Shown: in pieces, positions 7,995 to 14,707 of the stretch | Layout: each line of letters begins with the position of its first letter | Position numbering within the stretch: the stretch's first letter is position 1 | Notes under the pieces: generated by a model | What the model saw: only the letters and a program-made list of their open reading frames with translations | Told to the model about the DNA's origin: nothing | Databases searched by the model: none | NCBI GenBank assembly: GCA_030619345.1 | Contig: JAUXBO010000001.1 | Location: 1-28,033, forward strand | Length of the DNA stretch: 28,033 nt | DNA from: Candidatus Zixiibacteriota bacterium | GTDB taxonomy: Bacteria > Zixibacteria > MSB-5A5 > GN15 > FEB-12 | Reading direction: 5' to 3' | Position numbers and translations under genes: made by a program

Positions 7995-9997
7995 AGGGTA
8001 GAATTATCGTATTCATTATGGTGGCTTTGTTAGCTGCACCTGTCTGGGGTGGGGAGGCCGGTACAGAGTCTCCATTTTCGATGGGGGCGGGTGCGGCCGA
8101 TATTGCTCTTGGTGGTTCAGCAGTGGCCAGTTCGGCCGGTTGGACAGCGTCCTACTGGAATCCTTCACGATTGGCTTCGATGGAGCAAACAGAGCTGGGT
8201 GGTTTCCATAGTCGTCTGTTTGACAGCGACGTTTCTTATCAATATCTGGGCATCGTACACCCGACGCTGGACCTCGGTACTTTTGGCTTTGGACTTTTTA
8301 GATTGGGGATTGGCGGTATTGAAAAAAGAGATGCCTCCAATCTGTATCTTGGTGATATTGAGGACAATCGACTTGGATTGTATCTGGCCTATGGGCGAAT
8401 GATTTCGGATTATCAGATCGGTTTGGCTCTGTCGATGGAACATCATTCTATCGATAACTACAAATCTACATCATCACCCGGTGCTACAATTGCTGTGTCG
8501 CGGTCATGGGAGATGGACGGGCGGATAAGAGGGGTGAAGGCGGCTCTGGTGCTGCGCAATGTCCTGAGTCCTTCGATGAAACTGGACAATGACGACGTGA
8601 ACTTGCCACTGTCGACCGATGTTGGTATCAGTGTTCCGGTACGACCTAAAGTGAGTTGGGATCACTTGGTTTATTTTCACTTAACTTTGAACAAGGTTGA
8701 CGCTCTGCCAGCGAAGATATCTACTGGTATAGAATACAATATTGGGCAATTGCTGGCTCTGCGTGGCGGCGCAAACGGCGGAAAGCTCACCGCCGGTGTC
8801 GGCATCAGAATCCGATCAGTCGGTTTTGATTACGCTTTCGTGGATCGTGATCTCGGTACGCTGCATATGTTTAACTTGACCAGTGTATTTGGAAAGAGTC
8901 AATCAATCAAACGGCAGGAACGCATAACTCGGCGCGAACAAGAATTCAATGATCTGATGTCCCAGCAGTTGACCGCCAGCAACGAGAAAATGTTATCGCA
9001 ACTGGTCGATCGCGGCGAAATGGCGCTTGATGGTGGTGATTTGGAACAAGCCGAAAGCCAGTTTGACCGGGCGCTGTTCCTGGCCCGTGCCTCCGGCTAT
9101 GATACGACTCAAATATTTGCCACGCTCGTGGACGTTCGTAATCGACTGGACGAAGTAGGGCGTCTCCAGCAGTACAATGCTCATCTGGATTCTGCTCAGG
9201 TGAATATGGCCGCAGGTGATTTTCTTGCTACGCGGTATTATGCATCGTTGGCTCTCAAGTATGTTGATAATTCCGAACAGGCCCGACAATTGATCGAAGA
9301 AGCCGAAGAAAACCTTCACCGCGAGAGCTCCCGCGAGGAGCTTATCAAACAGCGCATTCTTCTTTCGGATTCTCTCGTCAGTTACGGACGGACAGACGAG
9401 GCGATCAGCATTCTTTTGAGTCTTGTTGAAATTGCGCCCGATGATAACACAGTCTTGATGGCTCTTCGCAGAGCACAATTTGAGCGCCTTCGGGCCAAAG
9501 CTTCCCAAGCCTACAACGACAAACGCCTCACCAATGCCATCGTTAGCCTCGATTCCGCATTAGGTTACTTCCCCGGGCATCAATGGTGTGAAGAGATGAA
9601 GAGCATGATCTTCGGTCAAATCAAAGTCAGCAAGAACAAGGGAACAAAGTCAGTCCAACTGAAAAAGACCGTGTTGAGTGCGGAACTGCGAAGAGAAGTT
9701 GAAGACACCTACCAAAGAGGACAGCAGTTGTTTACCTCCGGCAACATGACGGTGGCAATTGAAAACTGGGAGAGAGTGGAACGGATTGCGCCCGATTATG
9801 CCTCGGTTCGAGAGTATCTCATCAATGCCTACAAGTTTGTTGGAGTCGAATTGTACAGCCAGGGAGACCTTACACAGGCAGTCGAAATTTGGAAGAGGGC
9901 GGCTCAGCTGCGGCCGGATAACCTGGAGATTGGGGAATATATAAAGAGAACTGAAAACGAAATCAGAAAGCTGAAAGAATTATCTTATGAACCGTAA
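7991..9997 (+). CDS. PorV/PorQ-family outer-membrane beta-barrel (approx. aa 21-301) fused to a C-terminal TPR/coiled-coil region (approx. aa 302-668)
   Basis: Signal peptide MKGRIIVFIMVALLAAPVWG. PorV-like N-terminal motif 'GAGAADIALGGSAVA...ASYWNPSRLA'. Alternating beta-strands end 'GFDYAF...LHMFNLTSVFG'. TPR-like helices follow (e.g. 'TYQRGQQLFTSGNMTVAIENWERVERIAPD', 'LYSQGDLTQAVEIWKRAAQLRPDN'). ATGA overlap with the upstream stop. Confidence 0.8.
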   Translation: MKGRIIVFIMVALLAAPVWGGEAGTESPFSMGAGAADIALGGSAVASSAGWTASYWNPSRLASMEQTELGGFHSRLFDSDVSYQYLGIVHPTLDLGTFGFGLFRLGIGGIEKRDASNLYLGDIEDNRLGLYLAYGRMISDYQIGLALSMEHHSIDNYKSTSSPGATIAVSRSWEMDGRIRGVKAALVLRNVLSPSMKLDNDDVNLPLSTDVGISVPVRPKVSWDHLVYFHLTLNKVDALPAKISTGIEYNIGQLLALRGGANGGKLTAGVGIRIRSVGFDYAFVDRDLGTLHMFNLTSVFGKSQSIKRQERITRREQEFNDLMSQQLTASNEKMLSQLVDRGEMALDGGDLEQAESQFDRALFLARASGYDTTQIFATLVDVRNRLDEVGRLQQYNAHLDSAQVNMAAGDFLATRYYASLALKYVDNSEQARQLIEEAEENLHRESSREELIKQRILLSDSLVSYGRTDEAISILLSLVEIAPDDNTVLMALRRAQFERLRAKASQAYNDKRLTNAIVSLDSALGYFPGHQWCEEMKSMIFGQIKVSKNKGTKSVQLKKTVLSAELRREVEDTYQRGQQLFTSGNMTVAIENWERVERIAPDYASVREYLINAYKFVGVELYSQGDLTQAVEIWKRAAQLRPDNLEIGEYIKRTENEIRKLKELSYEP

Positions 9998-11573
9998 TGC
10001 CAACGAGGTTTTCCAACAGGAATGGCCACATCCCTCCGAATTCAAAAAATCGATCCGGATGGAGTTTTCCATCTACATATCATCTATGATTCTGCTTCTG
10101 ATGATCATTGCCGGATCGATTATTACTGACCGGTACATTGATGTTGTGACGCAGGCGGCAGCTGACAAACTCCTGGTTCAGGCCCGTTCGTATTCCGGAC
10201 CGGCCGGGAAGTTGATAATCTCCACAACTGGACCAGACGCCTTGTTGCTGAACAATATCTGCAAGAAACTAGCGGCAGATAATTCTGATATCACCTGGGT
10301 CAGTATTACGGGGCGCGAAGACGTTCTTCTGGCCCATACTGACATTAGAAAAGTTGCGACCGGCGGTCGGTTGGCTCCTGTTGTCGGCGGTGAATATCCT
10401 TCGCTGTTAAGAGACGGGGAGGGATTTAAGGTAGAGGCTGAAGCCATCAGAATCAGTGTTCCAATTACCGAAGGTGAGGTTCTGGTGGGACATCTTCACC
10501 TGGTTTCATCGGCTGCGAAGATTGCCTCGGCTCGCAAGGACTCTATACTGGCGGTAGCTACAGTTTCCATTTTGGTACTCCTGTTCGGCCTGCCGCTGAT
10601 AATGATAGGGCTACATCACAAGCTTCGCCCAATCAGTATCATAACGGATCATCTTAAGGACATTAAGTTTGATAACATCAAACTGGACATCCCGGTCAGT
10701 GGTCGAAATGAGCTTGGCTACCTGTCTGAGACTCTCCGAGTGATGGGCGGGAAACTCAATGCTGTCCAGAAAGAGATGATAGAGTCGGAGAGAATCTCCA
10801 GAGAATTCGAAATCGCCAGAGAGATTCAAGCCAGTATTCTCCCATCTTCCATTCCGACAAACGATGATTATAGTTTTACCGGCTTTTACCGCAGCGCCAA
10901 AGAGGTGGGAGGCGACTACTATGACTTCATTAAGTTGTCAGACAACAAAGTTGCCTTTCTGGTAGCAGACGTTTCCGGGAAATCGCTGCCCGGAATGTTG
11001 GTTATGTTGCTAACCCGAGATATTGTAAAGAATCACTGTTATAAAACGCTCGACCCGGTATCTCTTTTGTGCAAGGTCAACAGTGAACTTCTTGCCAATA
11101 TGAAGAAAGGGATGTTCGTCACGATGTTTTACGGTGTTTTGGACTATTCGTCCGGCTTGTTCCGTTTTGCGTCGGCTGGCCACAACCCACTTATTGTTAT
11201 GAATGATCACGAAGAGCCTCGCTTGATAAAAACCAAAGGCTTCCCGCTGGGAATGGTACCTTCGGATAAGTTTGACAATAGAATCGAACGGGGAGAACTG
11301 AAGCTCAAAGCCAAAGACTGGCTCATTCAGTTCACCGACGGAATCAATGAAGCTCAGGGCCGGGACGGCGAGGAATTCGGAATGGACCGCTTGGTCAGCC
11401 AATTGCAAAGTACGGCCGCACTAAGTCCGGAGCAGTTGATTGAATCAGTCATTGCAAATCTTGACCAATTTGTTGGCGAGCAGCCTCAATTTGATGACAT
11501 AACTCTAATTGCCCTGAAATTAAGTACAACATCTGTCGATAAAAATGTTATGCAGAAGGAAGAGTGTTATTGA
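9987..11573 (+). CDS. Membrane sensor / HAMP / PP2C (SpoIIE/RsbU-family) Ser/Thr phosphatase
   Basis: Two hydrophobic segments (approx. aa 27-47 and 187-209) flank a ~140-aa extracytoplasmic domain. HAMP 'LRPISIITDHLKDI...RNELGYLSETLRVM'. PP2C motifs intact: EVGGDYYD, ADVSGK, FTDGINEA, FDDITL. Start overlaps the upstream gene by 11 nt. Confidence 0.92.
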   Translation: MNRNANEVFQQEWPHPSEFKKSIRMEFSIYISSMILLLMIIAGSIITDRYIDVVTQAAADKLLVQARSYSGPAGKLIISTTGPDALLLNNICKKLAADNSDITWVSITGREDVLLAHTDIRKVATGGRLAPVVGGEYPSLLRDGEGFKVEAEAIRISVPITEGEVLVGHLHLVSSAAKIASARKDSILAVATVSILVLLFGLPLIMIGLHHKLRPISIITDHLKDIKFDNIKLDIPVSGRNELGYLSETLRVMGGKLNAVQKEMIESERISREFEIAREIQASILPSSIPTNDDYSFTGFYRSAKEVGGDYYDFIKLSDNKVAFLVADVSGKSLPGMLVMLLTRDIVKNHCYKTLDPVSLLCKVNSELLANMKKGMFVTMFYGVLDYSSGLFRFASAGHNPLIVMNDHEEPRLIKTKGFPLGMVPSDKFDNRIERGELKLKAKDWLIQFTDGINEAQGRDGEEFGMDRLVSQLQSTAALSPEQLIESVIANLDQFVGEQPQFDDITLIALKLSTTSVDKNVMQKEECY

Positions 11574-12337
11574 TGTCCGTTGATACCAGAAAAACTCCGA
11601 TGCTCGAACTGCCGGTAGATGCCGGGTTTGAGCGGCAGCAGGAGTTCATAGTCGAACTTAAAGAGTCAGTCAAACATGCTGTAGGCGAACTGTTTGTGGA
11701 CTGTTCAAAAGTTGAGCAAGTTACTTCCACGCATGTCAATATCCTGTGGCGAGCGTATTCGATCTGTAAGGATTCCGGCGTCAGGATGATATTGAAGAAT
11801 CCTACCGAGAGTGTTGTACGGGTCCTCAGCATACTCGACCTCCGTGAGATGTTCTTGATTGACGAAAGTAATGATTACTCCAAAGTCAGTCAGGAGGGAA
11901 CACAGAAGCCCCAGACTCTTGACAATCTCCTTTCAATGAAGATCAAACTCGAATCCAGTGAGATTGCCACCGGTCTAAAACGCGTGCAGGAATTTCTAAA
12001 AAGCGTACCTGTAACTTCAGCCTGTTCTGTGGAAATAGAGACTATATTCTACGAGCTGGCTACCAATGTACTTTTGTACAGTAAGCTAACCTCCAGCGAT
12101 CTTCTGGACTGTTCTGTCGAAGTGACCAAGAATAGAATTACAATGAAATTCATTGATTCAGGTGTGCTGTTCGATCCCTCGACTGCTGAAATACGGTACG
12201 ATCCCAAGTCAATGATTTCCAATTACCAGAAGCGTGGGTTGGGGCTGGTAATGATACGAAGAATGGCAGATACCATTAGTTATGAACGTCGGGATGACGG
12301 TGTGAACATAGTTACAGTGATGAAAGACTGGAGATAA
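11573..12337 (+). CDS. Fusion of an N-terminal STAS domain and a C-terminal RsbW/SpoIIAB-like Ser kinase (HATPase_c_2)
   Basis: STAS 'LFVDCSKVEQVTSTHVNILW...LKNPTESVVRVLSILDL'. GHKL boxes: ELATN, DSG, GLGL. Likely start is the ATG at 11573 (TGATG overlap with the phosphatase stop, AAGGAAGAG upstream) rather than the GTG at 11564. Confidence 0.85.
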   Translation: MSVDTRKTPMLELPVDAGFERQQEFIVELKESVKHAVGELFVDCSKVEQVTSTHVNILWRAYSICKDSGVRMILKNPTESVVRVLSILDLREMFLIDESNDYSKVSQEGTQKPQTLDNLLSMKIKLESSEIATGLKRVQEFLKSVPVTSACSVEIETIFYELATNVLLYSKLTSSDLLDCSVEVTKNRITMKFIDSGVLFDPSTAEIRYDPKSMISNYQKRGLGLVMIRRMADTISYERRDDGVNIVTVMKDWR

Positions 12338-12340
12338 CCG

Positions 12341-12679
12341 ATGTCGGATAGCAAGATAATTCAGCAGCAAGTAAACGACAATTCGCTCAGAATAAAAACG
12401 CCAGGGGTACTCGACAATAGCAATGCCCATGAAATGATAGAGATACTAATCGACGCCCACAAGCGTGGTTTTGTCAACATCGTCATCGATATGAGCGATC
12501 TGGGTTTTATCTCATCTGCCGGAGTGGGATCTATACTCGGTACCGTGGAACTTTTCCGCGAAGTAGGTGGGGATATCATTTTGTGTAACCTGACTCCTTC
12601 GGTCGTGCACGTGTTTGAGGTACTCGATCTGACTGATTATCTAACCGTGCGGAGCGAATTGAAAGAAACAATCAGATAG
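12341..12679 (+). CDS. STAS-domain anti-sigma-factor antagonist (RsbV/SpoIIAA-like)
   Basis: 'IVIDMSDLGFISSAGVGSIL...GGDIILCNLTPSVVHVFEVLDL'; the Ser equivalent to SpoIIAA Ser58 is retained. GGAG RBS at 12330-12333. Confidence 0.92.
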   Translation: MSDSKIIQQQVNDNSLRIKTPGVLDNSNAHEMIEILIDAHKRGFVNIVIDMSDLGFISSAGVGSILGTVELFREVGGDIILCNLTPSVVHVFEVLDLTDYLTVRSELKETIR

Positions 12680-12692
12680 ATTATGATTACGA

Positions 12693-14378
12693 GTGGATAA
12701 GATGACTCCTGATACAAAACAACTATTTGAGAATTATGCAGCGGGCGGATATGACGAAGTCTCTTTTCAGCGCAATTTGATGGCGCTTGATGCGCTTTCA
12801 AAGCTCGCCAGACAGTTTTCCAACCAACCACACCTGGAGCACTTGTCATCGTTACTGTTGCTAACATTAGCCGGGCAGTTTTCCATAAGCAGCGCCTTTG
12901 CCTTGTTCTGCGATCCCGGGTTGTCTGATTCCGGCCAGGCCTACATGGGATTTGGTAAACTGAAGAACAGCACTGTTCTTGAGAAAATGGTCATACCCGT
13001 TTGCATTCGCGAACATTTTGTTACCAATCCTGATCCGGTGCTGGTGGATGAATACGAATCGCTGGCTGAATGCGGTGAAATTCAGGAAATCTTCCAGACG
13101 AACAATATCAAAATCATCGTGCCGCTGGTGCACAACGACAGTCTGATCGGTATTATCGGTCTGGGAGAGAAAGTCACTAAGAAAGAATTTGAGCCCAATG
13201 ACCTTGACATTCTGTGTACACTGGCTCATTCGATTACTCCCTTTATCTCAAATTCTATCCTGTTCCGTGAATTATCCGACCTCAACTGCTGGTATGTTGA
13301 TATTTTAAATTCCGTCAAACAGGCCGTGCTTATTTTTGATAGCAACTATCGGTTGAAGTTGGCAAATCTTTCAGCCATAAGCATTTTGGAAAAGCTGCAT
13401 GGCAACGCAGCCATTTACGCCACCCGTAAACCCTCGATTGATGAGCTATTGACGCAGTCTGCATTTCCGGGCTGGCATAGTCGTCTCGAAACTGCAAATA
13501 GTACGGGGATGAGCAGAATGCTCGAGAGTATGGTAGCCTATGTCGGGGATGAAGAGCTCATTTTCAACGTACACACGGGGAGATTCAAACGGGACAATCA
13601 AGGCGACTACGATATCTTCGTAACCCTGGACAACATCACCGATCAGAAAGCAAGCGAGCAACGTCTGTTTGAGGTAGAGAAATTCGCCGAAAAGGGTGTT
13701 ATGGCGTCGACTATCGCTCACGAACTAAACAATTTCCTGGGACTGATCCTGGGTGGAACTGAGTTGGCTGGAATGGCTTTGGCCAAGGGGAACACAGACA
13801 AAGTGGCTGCTACTCTGGAGAAGATCAAAGGAAACGTGGGGAAAATGGAACGTTTCACGGCTGGACTGGTCGACTACACTCGCCTGAATACCAAAAAGCA
13901 CGAGACTAACTTAAATGACATAATCTCCGATGTACTGTCTTTTGTCGCCGTGCAGAAGAAATTTACCCGTATTACGATTACCACTGATCTGGCGAAAGAT
14001 CTCCCGTCTTTTACTCTCGATGCCGATCAGATGTCTCAGCTTATCATGAACCTTGTCAACAATGCCGCCGATGCTATCAAGGAGTCGGGGAAACCCACTC
14101 GCCGGATATCCGTTTCCACCAGATTCGAGAATATCTATGCTGTTCTGATCATTTCTGACAACGGAACGGGAATCAAGCCTGAGCTCAAAGAGAAACTCTT
14201 TAAGGCTCACTTTACGACAAAAGAAAAGGGGCATGGATTTGGTCTGGTCACTTGCTCAAAAATTATCTATAATCACAAGGGCAAAATTGACATTGAGACT
14301 GAAATTGGAAAAGGCTCTACTTTCATGCTATCTTTCCCCATCGCCCAATCCACTGCATCCGATTTATCAGACAGTTGA
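12693..14378 (+). CDS. Cytoplasmic GAF-PAS-like sensor histidine kinase (start may be the ATG at 12702)
   Basis: GAF 'IVPLVHNDSLIGIIGLGEK...DLDILCTLA'. H-box 'STIAHELNNFLG', N-box 'QLIMNLVNNAADA', G1 'ISDNGTGI', F/G2 'HFTTKEKGHGFGL'. No evident signal peptide or transmembrane segment. Confidence 0.92.
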   Translation: MDKMTPDTKQLFENYAAGGYDEVSFQRNLMALDALSKLARQFSNQPHLEHLSSLLLLTLAGQFSISSAFALFCDPGLSDSGQAYMGFGKLKNSTVLEKMVIPVCIREHFVTNPDPVLVDEYESLAECGEIQEIFQTNNIKIIVPLVHNDSLIGIIGLGEKVTKKEFEPNDLDILCTLAHSITPFISNSILFRELSDLNCWYVDILNSVKQAVLIFDSNYRLKLANLSAISILEKLHGNAAIYATRKPSIDELLTQSAFPGWHSRLETANSTGMSRMLESMVAYVGDEELIFNVHTGRFKRDNQGDYDIFVTLDNITDQKASEQRLFEVEKFAEKGVMASTIAHELNNFLGLILGGTELAGMALAKGNTDKVAATLEKIKGNVGKMERFTAGLVDYTRLNTKKHETNLNDIISDVLSFVAVQKKFTRITITTDLAKDLPSFTLDADQMSQLIMNLVNNAADAIKESGKPTRRISVSTRFENIYAVLIISDNGTGIKPELKEKLFKAHFTTKEKGHGFGLVTCSKIIYNHKGKIDIETEIGKGSTFMLSFPIAQSTASDLSDS

Positions 14379-14406
14379 TCTTGTCCGATAGTCCTGCGAC
14401 ATTCTA

Positions 14407-14514
14407 TTATTTGTCAGAATTATAAGGGGAGAGGGCAGTCTGTCGGTGACGGTCCGCCACAGCAATTAAGCTCGATGCAGCGGTCGCCAAAATAAAGACG
14501 GCCAGAAATTGCAA
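14407..14514 (-). CDS. Putative 35-aa small membrane peptide MQFLAVFILATAASSLIAVADRHRQTALSPYNSDK (TTG start)
   Basis: Perfect SD AAAAGGAGGT (complement of 14521-14530) lies 6 nt before an in-frame TTG. About 20 uninterrupted apolar/small residues are followed by a charged tail. The ORF is fully intergenic. Confidence 0.5.
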   Translation of the reverse strand: MQFLAVFILATAASSLIAVADRHRQTALSPYNSDK

Positions 14515-14624
14515 TACACTACCTCCTTTTCCAATGCCGGATATGAAGCGGAACCTCAAAAGAACAAACTGCTGTCCTTCAACCTTATAGTAAAAACTCC
14601 TAATCGGCAAATCACGAAAAGGGC

Positions 14625-14653
14625 TTGAAATAGCTCCGCTTTCGGCTTAACTT
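14625..14653 (+). promoter_or_regulatory. Candidate sigma70-type promoter for the peptidase operon
   Basis: TTGAAA (14625-14630) - 17 nt - TAACTT (14648-14653); strong RBS GGAGGT at 14698-14703 before the ATG at 14708. Confidence 0.4.
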
Positions 14654-14707
14654 TTAATACGTCTAATCTTGAATTACCAAACCGCGTGATCAGTTCGGGA
14701 GGTATTT

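Noticed and set aside
30-14234. Numerous 60-170 aa ORFs antisense to or nested in the large operon genes (e.g. 1479-1922, 7059-7463, 8993-9508, 11010-11408)
   Set aside because: Shadow ORFs on the opposite strand or in alternate frames of well-supported genes, with no recognisable motifs or RBS.
14407-14610. The full 67-aa minus-strand ORF from the TTG at 14610
   Set aside because: No SD at that start. The perfect SD lies inside it and points to the TTG at 14514, so only the 35-aa form is kept.
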